Below are positions 54,025 to 63,883 of a DNA stretch of 64,000 bases, piece after piece. This stretch comes from Candidatus Woesebacteria bacterium RBG_16_42_24 (GTDB lineage Bacteria > Patescibacteriota > Microgenomatia > UBA8517), in NCBI GenBank assembly GCA_001792115.1, contig MGFX01000001.1, positions 5,847 through 69,846 of the forward strand. Reading direction: 5' to 3'. Both the position numbers and the translations under genes were made by a program. The notes below the pieces were generated by a model. That model saw nothing but the letters and a program-made list of their open reading frames with translations. It had not been told where the DNA came from and ran no database searches. The first letter of the stretch is position 1. Each line of letters begins with the position of its first letter.

Positions 54025-54285
54025 ATGAGGTGGTATATGTATATTGTGAGATGTGCAGATGATTCACTTTATACAGGTATTACAAAGGACTTAGAACGAA
54101 GAACACAGGAACACAATTCCAACAATATTTTAGGCGCTAAGTCTTTAAGGCATAAACGACCGGTTGTTCCCGTGTATTACGAGTTGTTTGCAACTCAATC
54201 CGAAGCAGCAAAAAGGGAAAAATCTATTAAACGCTGGACGCGGAAATATAAATTGAAACTTATTGAGGGCTTTAATCCTAAGTAG
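54025..54285 (+). CDS. GIY-YIG nuclease-family protein (86 aa, UPF0213-like)
   Basis: YMYIVRCADDSLYTGITKDLERRTQEH...KREKSIKRW (GIY-(10)-YIG-type motif with conserved Arg and Glu). Confidence 0.8.
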   Translation: MRWYMYIVRCADDSLYTGITKDLERRTQEHNSNNILGAKSLRHKRPVVPVYYELFATQSEAAKREKSIKRWTRKYKLKLIEGFNPK

Positions 54286-54316
54286 GGGTTCACCCTCAAA
54301 AATTGGAAATTTTTGA

Positions 54317-54388
54317 GGGCCCATAGCTCAATGGCAGAGCAAGTGCCTTTTAAGCACGTGGTTGGGGGTTCGAATCCCTCTGGGCTCA
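54317..54388 (+). tRNA. tRNA-Lys (anticodon TTT)
   Basis: GGGCCCATAGCTCAATGGCAGAGCAAGTGCCTTTTAAGCACGTGGTTGGGGGTTCGAATCCCTCTGGGCTCA. Its 3' 18 nt are duplicated at 54499-54518. Confidence 0.8.
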
Positions 54389-54577
54389 CTAAAAAATTCC
54401 TTGCCGAATTTTTCAGTGCAAGCACTTTAGTTTGGGCATAATATAGATTGGGGGGTGAGAAGTTTACCCTGAAAACGAAGTTTTTAGGGAATCCCTCTGG
54501 GCTCACTTAAAAACAGTAATTTTTAAGTGCAAGCATACTATCTAACAGATTAGACAGTTCGAGAGCTCACACTTCAT

Positions 54578-54648
54578 TGCGGGGTCGTCTAATGGTAGGA
54601 CAGGCGCCTTTGGAGCGTCGAATCGGGGTTCGAATCCCTGCCCCGCAG
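54578..54648 (+). tRNA. tRNA-Gln (anticodon TTG) with a U1:A72 pair and a G73 discriminator
   Basis: TGCGGGGTCGTCTAATGGTAGGACAGGCGCCTTTGGAGCGTCGAATCGGGGTTCGAATCCCTGCCCCGCAG. U1-A72 and G73 are classical tRNA-Gln identity elements. Confidence 0.7.
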
Positions 54649-54688
54649 CACAATTGGACACACAAAAATATAATTAGGTAAGAAAAAT

Positions 54689-55426
54689 ATGTACACCAGA
54701 GAGGAAATTTTAAGTGAAACACGAAGGCTTGGAAAAGAGAAGGGCGGTAAGGCACCAAGCGAAAAAGAGCTTGACCTAAATGCTGGGATTAAAAATTATT
54801 ACTGGCATAAATATTGGACGAAAATCTCAGATCTTCAAAAAGAAGCTGGTTTCTCTCCCAACACATTCTTGAAAACTCCATATAGACATGATGATTTGTG
54901 TAAAAAATTTACTTCACTCATAAGAGAAATAGATAAGTGGCCAACTAAGGCTGAAATAGAAGTGAAACATAATAAAAAAATGGATTTTCCAGGGTCAACC
55001 ATTTTCTATAAGAATCTAGGCAATATAAAGGATCTGGCAAAAAATATCTTAGAATATGCAAAAAGACGAAATTATGATGATGTGATTGAAATATGTGAAG
55101 GTGTGATTGAACAATATAAAGACAGTGATCGTCAAAAAGTAAATGGGGCAGAGGAAAAAACTCATGGATGGGTGTACCTTATTAAACATGGACGTTTCAA
55201 TCAGTACAGAATAGGCCAAACTACCAATATATTGCGACGTTGGAAAGAAAATAAAATTGAGTTACCTGAGGAACCGAAACATATTCATACAATAGAAACA
55301 GTCGATCCCGAAGGTGTTGAAAAATACTGGCTCAACCGTTTCGCTACCAAAAAAATGAATGGTGACTGGTTTAAGCTAACTCCTGCTGATGTAAAAGAAT
55401 TTAGAGCGTGGAGAAAAATTGTATAG
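54689..55426 (+). CDS. Protein with a C-terminal T5orf172/GIY-YIG-like domain; very AT-rich gene
   Basis: C-terminal GWVYLIKHGRFNQYRIGQTTNILRR (GxVYxxK...YRIGQT pattern of T5orf172/MUG113). GC content about 33%. Confidence 0.55.
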   Translation: MYTREEILSETRRLGKEKGGKAPSEKELDLNAGIKNYYWHKYWTKISDLQKEAGFSPNTFLKTPYRHDDLCKKFTSLIREIDKWPTKAEIEVKHNKKMDFPGSTIFYKNLGNIKDLAKNILEYAKRRNYDDVIEICEGVIEQYKDSDRQKVNGAEEKTHGWVYLIKHGRFNQYRIGQTTNILRRWKENKIELPEEPKHIHTIETVDPEGVEKYWLNRFATKKMNGDWFKLTPADVKEFRAWRKIV

Positions 55427-55519
55427 CCGATTTACCTATAGGATTAAACGGTCCTAGACCGACCCGCTCAGCACTTCGACTCGCTTTGCTCGCTCAGTGC
55501 TATAGCCAAAGCGAAGAAC

Positions 55520-56350
55520 TTAACTCTTCAGGGCTTCTTCGATAGTTGCTTTGATATTCTCGTAGGGCTGGGCTCCTATTACAAGCCACATTTCACCTTT
55601 TTGATTAACTATAAAACTCCCTGGGGTACCGGTAATTCCCGCTTTAATTCCCCCCTGATAATCACTCTCAACATAGTCTGCATATTTACCACTGTCTAAA
55701 CAAGATTTAAATGCTGCCTGGTCAACTCCAGCGTCACCCGCATAGGTTGGAAGAAGTGTATGGTCAAGCCCATTGTTTGCAGGAGTAACCTCAAAGATCT
55801 TATCTACAAATTTCCAAAAAGCTTCTTCTCCCCCCAGTTCCCTGACACACTCGGATGCTTCTGCCTCTTTGTCTGCTTTAGAATGAAGCTGATCTAAAGG
55901 AAAATGTCTATACACCAGGGCGAGTTGCCCTCCATACTCCTCTAATAGTTGAAGTACAGTTGGGTGAAATTTTTTACAAAACGGGCACTCCAAATCCGAG
56001 TACTCTATCAATATAAGTTTTGCGTCTTTGGAGCCTCGAATATGGTCTTTATCACTAAGGGTAGGAACATTCTTCGCTTGCTCTTCAGATAGTTTACCTC
56101 CTGCCGGGGGGTTACCCTGGGTGGTATCTGCTGTCGTTCCCTTCGTCGAAGTTTTGGAAGAAAGGTAACTTACTTTTTGCCACAAGACTCCGACCATGAA
56201 GGCCAAGATTATAGAAATGATTATTAATAAGGGGGTAAATTTCTCTAAGAACTTACCTCTGAATTTTTTTGATGGTCGTGAAGTTTTTGGCTCCACTCTT
56301 TTTTCTTCAGGCATATCAGTAATTTTGCCCGTAAGTACCTTGGGTGTCAA
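55520..56350 (-). CDS. Membrane-anchored DsbA-family thiol:disulfide oxidoreductase
   Basis: N-terminal TM helix. Active site YSDLECPFCKKFHP (CPFC). Confidence 0.75.
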   Translation of the reverse strand: MTPKVLTGKITDMPEEKRVEPKTSRPSKKFRGKFLEKFTPLLIIISIILAFMVGVLWQKVSYLSSKTSTKGTTADTTQGNPPAGGKLSEEQAKNVPTLSDKDHIRGSKDAKLILIEYSDLECPFCKKFHPTVLQLLEEYGGQLALVYRHFPLDQLHSKADKEAEASECVRELGGEEAFWKFVDKIFEVTPANNGLDHTLLPTYAGDAGVDQAAFKSCLDSGKYADYVESDYQGGIKAGITGTPGSFIVNQKGEMWLVIGAQPYENIKATIEEALKS

Positions 56351-56359
56351 TATGATGTC

Positions 56360-57409
56360 TTACCAAGATGGAGGCGGCTTGTCGAGGTATCGAAGCACTT
56401 CCATCGCCGCCATACAACCGAATCCAGCGGCGGTTACTGCTTGGCGATAGTGGTAATCGTGAACATCCCCCGCCACAAAAATTCCGTCGCCAATGTTCGT
56501 AGAGGGCATATTTTTGGTCACAATATAACCTTTTTCATCAAGCTCAATTTTGCCGGAAAATATGCTGGTTGCCGGAGTATGCCCAATTGCTACAAACATT
56601 CCGTCAATCGGTACCTTCCAAAAAATAAAGCCTTCCCTCTCCTCTATCATCTCTCCATCAAATTCGGCAATTTTGCCTCCCCTTAATCCCTCCGCCATCT
56701 TGGAGTCGGTCTTAGTTCTTAGGGTTATAGCTTCTAACTTCTCCCTTCCGCGGACTTCTGTGACTTCCGTATCCCAAATGATTTTAATTTTTCCTCCCCT
56801 CTCCATTTCGATAACTTTGGCCTGCATCGCTTGGGACGCACGGAGCTCGTCTCTTCTATGGATTAGAACCACACTTTTAGCATACTTTGTCAGAACCAAA
56901 ACTTCCTCCATAGCCGAATCCCCTCCGCCCACAACTACAACTCTCTTGTCTTTGAAAAATGGCGCATCACAAGGAGCGCAGGAGGATATTCCTCTGCCGA
57001 TTAATTCCTTTTCCCCGGGGACACTCAGCCATTTTGTATCAGCACCAGTTGAGATTATCAAGGTCTTTGCCAAATACTTTTTCTCCCCCGCTAAAATTTC
57101 AAATGGCCTTTTTTCAAAATCAACAACGCGGACGTCCTCCTCCTTAAATTCTGCTCCAAAACGTTCTACCTGCTTTCTCATCCGCACCATCAGCTCCGGG
57201 CCTTCAATTCCCTCGGGAAAGCCCGGAAAATTGTCAACTGTAGTTGTGAGCATCAGTTGCCCACCCCACTTTGCCCCTCCAAGGATAAGAGTTGAAGCGG
57301 CTCCTCGAGTGGTATAAATTGCAGCAGTTAAAGCTGCGGGCCCGCTTCCAATGATGGCAACGTCCCAAGGTTCACTACCTACCGGTTTTGGTGCGAGGGT
57401 TTCCTCCAT
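56360..57409 (-). CDS. trxB: Thioredoxin-disulfide reductase-like FAD/NAD(P) oxidoreductase
   Basis: FAD site VAIIGSGPAALTAAIY. Redox CxxC ISSCAPCDAPFF. NAD(P) site VVVVGGGDSAMEE. Confidence 0.8.
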   Translation of the reverse strand: MEETLAPKPVGSEPWDVAIIGSGPAALTAAIYTTRGAASTLILGGAKWGGQLMLTTTVDNFPGFPEGIEGPELMVRMRKQVERFGAEFKEEDVRVVDFEKRPFEILAGEKKYLAKTLIISTGADTKWLSVPGEKELIGRGISSCAPCDAPFFKDKRVVVVGGGDSAMEEVLVLTKYAKSVVLIHRRDELRASQAMQAKVIEMERGGKIKIIWDTEVTEVRGREKLEAITLRTKTDSKMAEGLRGGKIAEFDGEMIEEREGFIFWKVPIDGMFVAIGHTPATSIFSGKIELDEKGYIVTKNMPSTNIGDGIFVAGDVHDYHYRQAVTAAGFGCMAAMEVLRYLDKPPPSW

Positions 57410-57455
57410 ACAAGTATCGAACTAAATCGGCTGAATTAGTATAGAAAAACTGGCC

Positions 57456-57728
57456 TTATGCTTGAGGCGGCACACCCGGCTCCTCTGGCTTTTCAGGCAT
57501 AGGCATTCCTGGCTCGGCCGGAGGAGTTTCTGTCGGCTCAGGCGTAGACGGCATCGGTACCTCCTCTGCCGAAGGTGGTACTACAGGTTCCGCTGGCGGA
57601 GCCATCGGTGTATCTCCCATTGGAGCTTGCGTCGGTTCAGCAGGCGGCATTCCTCCACCTACAGGAACATCTGTCGGTGCTTGTCCGGCTGGCTCCATCG
57701 GGTTTTGTGGTTTATTTGGGTCGTCCAA
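57456..57728 (-). CDS. Proline-rich small protein (90 aa), hypothetical
   Basis: Co-oriented between trxA and trxB. The opposite-strand Arg-rich ORF 57462..57734 is its antisense artefact. Confidence 0.35.
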   Translation of the reverse strand: MDDPNKPQNPMEPAGQAPTDVPVGGGMPPAEPTQAPMGDTPMAPPAEPVVPPSAEEVPMPSTPEPTETPPAEPGMPMPEKPEEPGVPPQA

Positions 57729-57743
57729 AGATAATCACCTCCT

Positions 57744-58094
57744 TCACAATCCTTTCTTGATCAAATCTTCAAAAGCTTGTTTTCCTGCAAATCCAATTTG
57801 GCGTCCAACTTCCTTTCCTTCCTTATACAAAATAGTAGTAGGTATACTCATTACACCATATTTCATAGGGATTTGACTATTCTCATCGACATTTAGCTTC
57901 AAGATTTCAGTTTTTCCTTTGTAAGTTTCGGAAAGTTCCTCTAAAATCGGCTCTGCCATTCTACATGGTGCACACCAAGGAGCCCAAAAGTCAACCATTA
58001 CAGGGGTTTTATTAGAAAGAACTCTTGAGTCAAAATCGCCATCTGTTACGTCTGCCGTTGTCATTTCGACCTTCACTATACCTTTTTGGTGCAA
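57744..58094 (-). CDS. trxA: Thioredoxin
   Basis: VDFWAPWCAPCRMAEPILEEL (WCAPC). Confidence 0.85.
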   Translation of the reverse strand: MHQKGIVKVEMTTADVTDGDFDSRVLSNKTPVMVDFWAPWCAPCRMAEPILEELSETYKGKTEILKLNVDENSQIPMKYGVMSIPTTILYKEGKEVGRQIGFAGKQAFEDLIKKGL

Positions 58095-58407
58095 AGTGCG
58101 TCAAGAGTAAAAAGTTGAAAATTCGCACCGATAGATTATATAATCACCCCGTGAGCGCATACATCACCAAGGAAGGAGTTCTGGGCATTAACCCGGAGAT
58201 TTTGGGTCAGTGTGGAGCACAATCCTTTAGGTCCAAAACGGGCTATATAACGGTAAGAGGAGGTGTTATGGGATCTGCTGAGGTTTGGAAAAATGGAATA
58301 CGCCAAACCACTTTAAAACCAGGAAAAGATCCTATTAAAATTAGGCTTACCGACGGCTCAATTATGGTTAGGGCTGTCGATAACTATCAATCCCAAGAAT
58401 AACCTAC

Positions 58408-60525
58408 TTATAGCTTCACCCTCTTAAGAAGAAGGGCATTAGCAACAACTATTAAAGAAGAGGCACTCATAAGTAAGGCTCCATATTCAGGCCGAAGCAT
58501 TAGTCCCCAGGGAATAAATACTCCTGCTGCCGCCGGAATCGCCAAGACATTATAACCAGTAGCCCAGGCAAGGTTTTGCTTCATTTTAGCATCGGTTGCA
58601 CGACTCAAGGCAACTACTTTAACAATGTCTAAGGGGTTACTTTTAACGAGTACTATCTCTGCGCTTTCTATGGCAACATCTGTTCCTGCACCAATCGCAA
58701 TTCCAACGTGAGCCTGGGTAAGAGAGGGCGCATCGTTTACCCCGTCTCCGACCATGCCCACCGTGAAGCCTTTTTTCTGAAGTTCCTTTACCTTATTGAC
58801 CTTATCCTCTGGTAGAACCTCTGCAAAAACGGTGTCTATCCCAAGTCTTCTGCCTACTTCCTCGGCTATATCTTTCTTGTCTCCGGTAAGCATTGCGGTT
58901 TTAACTCCCAACCCATGAAGTCTGGAAATTGCCTCTTTTGACTCTTCTCTCACCGTATCCTCTACCAAAATCGTCCCAGCAAAAAACTTGTCTACCGCAA
59001 CAAATATCTCAGTCCCCAAGCTCTCTTCTCCTTCCGGAACTTTTATGCCATTTTCCTGAAACAGATTTCTATTTCCTATAAGGACTTCTTTTGCCTCTAC
59101 CTTTCCCGAGGCACCTTTTCCGGGGTAAGATTTAAACTCCCGGGCGGGAGTAAATGCTATCTGCTTTATCTTGGTAGCATTCACAATCCCCCTGGCGATT
59201 GAATGCTGGGAATGAACCTCTACGGCCGCGGCCAGGCCTAAAAGTTCGTCATTCGTTATTCGCCCGCCTGCCGGACGGGCAGGTGATTTGTCACTCGCAA
59301 GAATTTTGGAAACCCCAAACTCTCCCTTTGTCAGTGTCCCGGTTTTATCCAAGACTACATAATTTAAGCGCTTTGCAATCTCGAGGCCCTTCATATCCCT
59401 TATCAGAATCCCGTTTCTGGCTGCAAGTGCACTTGTAATAGTTGTAACCGTAGGAATCGCAAGTCCCAAGGCGTGTGGACAAGCGATGACAACCACTGTT
59501 ATTGCGAGAGTCGCTGCAAAAATTGCTCCCTGGGAATTTACAAAAAACCAGTATATGAAGGTTCCCGATCCGACTACAATCGCAACAATTGTTAGGGCGT
59601 TGGCGGCCTTGTCAGCCAGCTTTTGTACAGCAGGTTTTGTTTCCTGAGCTTTCTTTATCAAATCCATTATCTGGGAAATGGCGGTTTCGCTCCCAGTTTT
59701 TGTAACTTTTAATGTGAGTGAGCCATCATTATTAATAGTGCCACCGATAACTTTATCCCCAACTTTCTTCTCAACCGGCCTAGACTCTCCCGTAATCATC
59801 CCTTCATTAACCGAGGACTCTCCTTCAACTACATCTGCGTCTATCGGAATCTTCTCTCCTGGTTTAACCAAAACTAAATCTCCTTTAACAAGTATCTCTG
59901 TTTGTACATCTTTTATTTGCCTATTTACAAGCTTGTGAGCCGTCGGCGGAATAAGCTTTGCAAGCTCCCTTAATGCGTTTCCAGTTCCCAAAACTGCCCT
60001 CATCTCCATCCAGTGGCCGAAAAGGAATGCCAATACAAGGGTCGAAATTTCCCACCAAAGGCTTTCTCCTGGGAAAAGAAAGGTTGCGGCTGCCGAAAAT
60101 AAGAAACCCGACAATACGGCCAAAGAAACTAGGGTCATCATCCCCCAATTTTTACTTCTTAATTCGTCTTTAGCCGCGCTATAAAAAGGCCATCCTCCAT
60201 ACCAAGCAATAAGGCTTCCAAGGCCAAAAAGAACGACATTTCTTAAAGAAAATTCAAGCGAAAATCCGAACCATTCTTGGATTTTCGAAGACAAAAGTAG
60301 AACAATAATTGTCAGGGGTAAGACTACAAAAAATCTCCTTCTGAAATCCTCCGCCATCTTTCTGTGGTGTTCGGTGTGATCCATCGAAGCCATCTTGTCT
60401 CCTTCGTCTTTACCCTTTTGAGTTTTTACTTCAATAAGCTCCATCCCGCACTTAGGACAACTACCTTGTTTATCTAAGATAACATCGGGGTGCATTGGGC
60501 AGATGTATTTCACTCCATCTTCCAT
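58408..60525 (-). CDS. Heavy-metal-translocating P1B-type ATPase with an N-terminal CPMHP...CPKCGM metal-binding domain and a CPH transmembrane motif
   Basis: [22 protein letters not shown]; TM6 ACPHALGLA; phosphorylation site DKTGTLT; GDGVNDAP hinge. Confidence 0.85.
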   Translation of the reverse strand: MEDGVKYICPMHPDVILDKQGSCPKCGMELIEVKTQKGKDEGDKMASMDHTEHHRKMAEDFRRRFFVVLPLTIIVLLLSSKIQEWFGFSLEFSLRNVVLFGLGSLIAWYGGWPFYSAAKDELRSKNWGMMTLVSLAVLSGFLFSAAATFLFPGESLWWEISTLVLAFLFGHWMEMRAVLGTGNALRELAKLIPPTAHKLVNRQIKDVQTEILVKGDLVLVKPGEKIPIDADVVEGESSVNEGMITGESRPVEKKVGDKVIGGTINNDGSLTLKVTKTGSETAISQIMDLIKKAQETKPAVQKLADKAANALTIVAIVVGSGTFIYWFFVNSQGAIFAATLAITVVVIACPHALGLAIPTVTTITSALAARNGILIRDMKGLEIAKRLNYVVLDKTGTLTKGEFGVSKILASDKSPARPAGGRITNDELLGLAAAVEVHSQHSIARGIVNATKIKQIAFTPAREFKSYPGKGASGKVEAKEVLIGNRNLFQENGIKVPEGEESLGTEIFVAVDKFFAGTILVEDTVREESKEAISRLHGLGVKTAMLTGDKKDIAEEVGRRLGIDTVFAEVLPEDKVNKVKELQKKGFTVGMVGDGVNDAPSLTQAHVGIAIGAGTDVAIESAEIVLVKSNPLDIVKVVALSRATDAKMKQNLAWATGYNVLAIPAAAGVFIPWGLMLRPEYGALLMSASSLIVVANALLLKRVKL

Positions 60526-60965
60526 TTAAAACTCCTCTCTTTTCCGTCAAGACTTATCCTTAATTCCAAATTGGTTGGCTTGGGCGAAATTGGGCTAAAT
60601 TTTAAAATTCCCCGCCTGTGGTGTCCTTCCGGAGGGTCACCCTCCCACCCTAAAGCTTTATGGCTCTTTCCGTTTTCGTCAACGAGCATCGATGCTTCCG
60701 CCAAATCAAAATCAAGTTCAACCGAGTGAGTATTTAGTTCAAATTCGAAATTCCAGACTTCCCCCGACAACTCTTTGGGTGTAACCAAAATCTCAACCTC
60801 ACCCTCATTATTAACTATTGTACCTAGAGTATCTTCTATGGGCTCTTGGTTCTCAATAGTTCCTCCTTCTGTCGCTTTAGGTTTGGGCAACAAAAGAAAA
60901 CCCGTCGCTATACCAGTAATTACGACTAACTCTAAAAAAATGTATTTCAGTTCTCCCGTTTTCAT
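60510..60965 (-). CDS. Membrane-anchored periplasmic protein (151 aa), hypothetical; overlaps the ATPase start
   Basis: N-terminal [20 protein letters not shown], then a soluble His-rich domain (PPEGHHRRG). Confidence 0.5.
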   Translation of the reverse strand: MKTGELKYIFLELVVITGIATGFLLLPKPKATEGGTIENQEPIEDTLGTIVNNEGEVEILVTPKELSGEVWNFEFELNTHSVELDFDLAEASMLVDENGKSHKALGWEGDPPEGHHRRGILKFSPISPKPTNLELRISLDGKERSFKWKME

Positions 60966-61369
60966 TTTGGAATCTTTCTAAGCTTATTTGTTAAATATAA
61001 AATCCCAAGAAAATTAGCTATAAGTCCAACCCAAAAAAGTTCAATTTGATATTGAGAAATAACCGTCAAAATTCCAACTGTTCCAAGCAGGGGTAAGATA
61101 TTGACTAAGTAGTGGCTGCAACAGGAAACCATGGCAAAAGTACTTGTGGTTCCGGAAACGGCAACCACTCCTCCATGAGCACCTTTAACTACCTGCTTTA
61201 GTCTTGTAAAAAGAGCTACCTGCACACCAAAACCCATCGAAAGGGCCAAAATAAAATACCAATACCTCGTAAACTGTTCTTGAGCAAAATCTATTCCCGA
61301 AATTAGGCTAACCAGGGAAAAATAGATAGCCAAAAGTCCCAATGATGCGAGAAATCCCTTAGTTATCAT
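60962..61369 (-). CDS. 4-TM membrane protein (135 aa), hypothetical
   Basis: Contains MVSCCSHY between TM helices. Its start overlaps the stop of the upstream 36-aa ORF (ATGATAACTAA). Confidence 0.55.
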   Translation of the reverse strand: MITKGFLASLGLLAIYFSLVSLISGIDFAQEQFTRYWYFILALSMGFGVQVALFTRLKQVVKGAHGGVVAVSGTTSTFAMVSCCSHYLVNILPLLGTVGILTVISQYQIELFWVGLIANFLGILYLTNKLRKIPK

Positions 61370-61472
61370 CCTTCTCTTCTTTTACCTCTACCAAGTTCAT
61401 ACCACACTTGGGACAACTTCCGGGCTCATCAGAGGAAATTTCCGGATGCATCGGACAAGTATACTTTTTCAT
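61362..61472 (-). CDS. Unlisted 36-aa heavy-metal-binding-domain protein ([37 protein letters not shown]), a paralog of the ATPase N-terminal domain
   Basis: My reverse-complement translation of 61362-61472. The CPMHP(x12)CPKCGM motif is identical in pattern to the CopA-like N-terminus at 60430-60520. It overlaps upstream and downstream genes by 4-8 nt. Confidence 0.5.
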
Positions 61473-61675
61473 TTATCCCCTTTCCTCCAAAGCCACCTGA
61501 TAGCGGCAACCAGAAGTACCGCAAGAAGTATTTGGATTACAAAATCCATAACTCCGGACAAACCCCAAAGGGATCTCGTGCCACCATAATAATTCTGCAT
61601 CATTTGTTTCATATAATCGGGCATTGAATCCCAATTATCCCCATACCATCCCCCATTTAACATATGTCCCATCAT
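61469..61675 (-). CDS. Small membrane protein (68 aa), hypothetical
   Basis: Met/Gly/Tyr-rich N-terminus then the TM helix [19 protein letters not shown]. Its stop overlaps the next start. Confidence 0.4.
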   Translation of the reverse strand: MMGHMLNGGWYGDNWDSMPDYMKQMMQNYYGGTRSLWGLSGVMDFVIQILLAVLLVAAIRWLWRKGDK

Positions 61676-61694
61676 TTTTTAATTGCCACCTCCT

Positions 61695-61958
61695 TCATTT
61701 AGTAAATTTATTATATATCCAGGCAAACAACCATCCGCCGACCCAAGAAAGCACTACCGCGGATACCAAGCCTAGCAAGAAATTTTCTGAAAAGGTTCTA
61801 GGCGTCCAAATATTTGCCATATCAAAACCATGGAACCAGCTTCTGGTCACTTGCATAGATAGTCCTGGGAAAAGCGCAATGGCAAATCTACAAAAAAGAT
61901 AGACAATGCCCATAAAGAGAGCAGATGCATTAGCAAAAGCATTCTGGTGTAATTTCAT
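61695..61958 (-). CDS. Small 2-3 TM membrane protein (87 aa), hypothetical
   Basis: ORF with hydrophobic helices. The track + ORF 61624..61902 is antisense. Confidence 0.4.
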   Translation of the reverse strand: MKLHQNAFANASALFMGIVYLFCRFAIALFPGLSMQVTRSWFHGFDMANIWTPRTFSENFLLGLVSAVVLSWVGGWLFAWIYNKFTK

Positions 61959-62069
61959 TTTTTCTCACCCCCATCCGCTTCGCGGAAAATCCAAAATTCT
62001 AATTTCTAAATCCAAATTATTATTTTGAGTTTAGGATTTTGAACTTGAGATTTTCCCAACTTTGTTGGG

Positions 62070-63308
62070 CTATGCTCCACAACTTCCACCGGCACCACCC
62101 TTAAACTGTACGGGACCAACTTTGGCGTAAATATCCGCTGCTCCTTTGGCAGACGAATAAGCCTCACCCAAAACTTCTTTTGCTGAAACGTCTGCCCAGG
62201 CTATTCCCTGGCGGGCAAAATAGGTGGCGGTCGTCAAATAAGTATCCGGAAACCAGAAGGAATTGAGCTTTAGTACCTCTTTATAGATTTCTTCGTCGGA
62301 TAAGGTGCCCTTTGAAACCAGAAGTTCAATCGCGGCAAGGGCCGCCATACCGTGGTTACAATCCGGAAACCAAGTGGAGTTGCCGCAGCAGGGGCGAAAA
62401 ACTCCTTTTGCAATCTCTCCTACCCGTCTTTGCTGTTCGGAAGTCAAAGGAATTAAATCGAATTTATTGAGATAGTTGACGGCATCTCCACGGGCTAAAC
62501 TCCATCCACCAGTCGAAGCAAAATTTCCAACGCGTCCTGCATATTCCTTTCCCAAAGGTCCCTCGGTATAAACAATACTTTTTTGTGCGAGCCCCAAAGC
62601 CCAGAGCATGTCGACCACAAACTGGCCATTCTTCATATCGATACTAATTGGAATATCTCCGCCTTCCCTTAAAATCTTCTTTTGCTCATCGGTAAGTTTT
62701 ACTCCATTCTCAAATTTATCTGCGTCGATTACTCCCAGGGCAACGAGTCTTGGACCAATGTCTCCCCAACTTAGAGGAAGGGTGAAGCCCGCTTCAGGGA
62801 GAACCTTACCTGGTAGATCTGATAAATCAAAAAGCTTCTCCCCCGACTTTTCCCAAGCCTTCATTCCTCCTTCCAGGTGCTTTACATTGACGTAACCCAG
62901 TTTCTTGAGGGTAAGAAGTGCCTCAGCACTCATCCTTCCGGTTTTACAATAAAGAATTATTTCGGTATTTTTATCCTGGGGAAGCTTAGCTTTTGCCGCG
63001 ACAATTCCGTCGTATTCCATAAACATGTCGGTGCCGGCGATTTCCCCTTCATACGGAGTGTGGACATTTATGAATGTAAAATCCTTGTTGTTAAGCTTAT
63101 TTTTTAACTCACTTACGCTCACTTTTTCGCTTGCGGAGATTAATAATGTTGGGGGGATCCTGAAAATTGAAGTAATTTTATCTTTTGCTGTACCCGCATA
63201 AATCCCCAAAAGAAAAAAACTCGCAAAAAGAATAGGCAGCGCAACCACAAGTGGTACCTTTTTTAAGCGCTTACTAATCTTTTTAAAATGAAATTTAGCT
63301 TTGGCCAT
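62070..63308 (-). CDS. Membrane-anchored rhodanese-domain protein with a Cys-rich C-terminal domain
   Basis: N-terminal TM. Rhodanese active site EIILYCKTGRMSAEA...GGMKAW. C-terminal CCGNSTWFPDCNHGMAA. Confidence 0.65.
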   Translation of the reverse strand: MAKAKFHFKKISKRLKKVPLVVALPILFASFFLLGIYAGTAKDKITSIFRIPPTLLISASEKVSVSELKNKLNNKDFTFINVHTPYEGEIAGTDMFMEYDGIVAAKAKLPQDKNTEIILYCKTGRMSAEALLTLKKLGYVNVKHLEGGMKAWEKSGEKLFDLSDLPGKVLPEAGFTLPLSWGDIGPRLVALGVIDADKFENGVKLTDEQKKILREGGDIPISIDMKNGQFVVDMLWALGLAQKSIVYTEGPLGKEYAGRVGNFASTGGWSLARGDAVNYLNKFDLIPLTSEQQRRVGEIAKGVFRPCCGNSTWFPDCNHGMAALAAIELLVSKGTLSDEEIYKEVLKLNSFWFPDTYLTTATYFARQGIAWADVSAKEVLGEAYSSAKGAADIYAKVGPVQFKGGAGGSCGA

Positions 63309-63310
63309 TC

Positions 63311-63883
63311 TTATATGAAATAGTTGAGCAAAATATATAGGGCAAGACTCAAAATGAGGATGCTTCCTAGACTTACTATTATTCTTTGAAATGGAAAGAA
63401 AACTTTCCCTCGCGCTTTTATAAGGGCGTTATCGGCAATATCCACTAAATAAAACAGAATTCCTCCGGAAATCACCCCGAATGTCAATTTATCCACACCC
63501 AAAATCTGCCCCGCATGAGGGTTGACTAGATAGAATCTGAGCTTAGCTATCATATAGTCATTAAATGCGTAAAAGGACCAAATGGTTAGGCCAAAAAAGA
63601 TAATGTAGGTAGCCGGCCTTAGAATAGACGGAGCAATTTTTACTTTTTTGGCAAGCCATGAATCCAGCCAAAAAGAAATAGCACCAATAAATGCCGCGAG
63701 CCATACACCAGTTATTGCATCGTCAATCCCAAAAAATCTAGCTACCGAAAGACCAATCGCCGCTCCTCCAACACATAAAGGACAATGGGCGAGTGTTTCA
63801 CGAGTGAATAGTGAATAGTGAATAGTGAATAGTGAAATTAAGAAAACAAAAAAAATTTTGAGTTTTGAATTGAAATTTTGCAC
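63311..63883 (-). CDS. Membrane protein with a CPLC motif (190 aa). The N-terminal ~30 codons are encoded by short tandem repeats, so the true start is probably downstream.
   Basis: HCPLCVGGAAIGL and 4-5 TM helices. The N-terminal codons overlap the (GAATAGT)n and TTTGAGTTTTGAA repeats. Confidence 0.45.
   Translation of the reverse strand: MQNFNSKLKIFFVFLISLFTIHYSLFTRETLAHCPLCVGGAAIGLSVARFFGIDDAITGVWLAAFIGAISFWLDSWLAKKVKIAPSILRPATYIIFFGLTIWSFYAFNDYMIAKLRFYLVNPHAGQILGVDKLTFGVISGGILFYLVDIADNALIKARGKVFFPFQRIIVSLGSILILSLALYILLNYFI
63804..63836. repeat. (GTGAATA)n 7-bp tandem repeat, 4.5 units, followed at 63850-63910 by TTTTGAGTTTTGAATT-type units
   Basis: gtgaatagtgaatagtgaatagtgaatagtgaa. Confidence 0.6.

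Noticed and set aside
54567-54758. 63-aa minus-strand ORF
   Set aside because: It overlaps tRNA-Gln and the start of the plus-strand gene 54689..55426.
57462-57734. Arg-rich 90-aa ORF on the plus strand
   Set aside because: It is the exact antisense of the Pro-rich minus-strand ORF 57456..57728, which is co-oriented with the trxA/trxB operon. The Arg-rich composition is the mirror artefact of CCN-rich coding sequence.
58025-58402. 125-aa plus-strand ORF between trxA and the P-type ATPase
   Set aside because: The first half overlaps the trxA start region and it has no RBS or motif. A short real peptide in 58150-58402 cannot be excluded but is unsupported.
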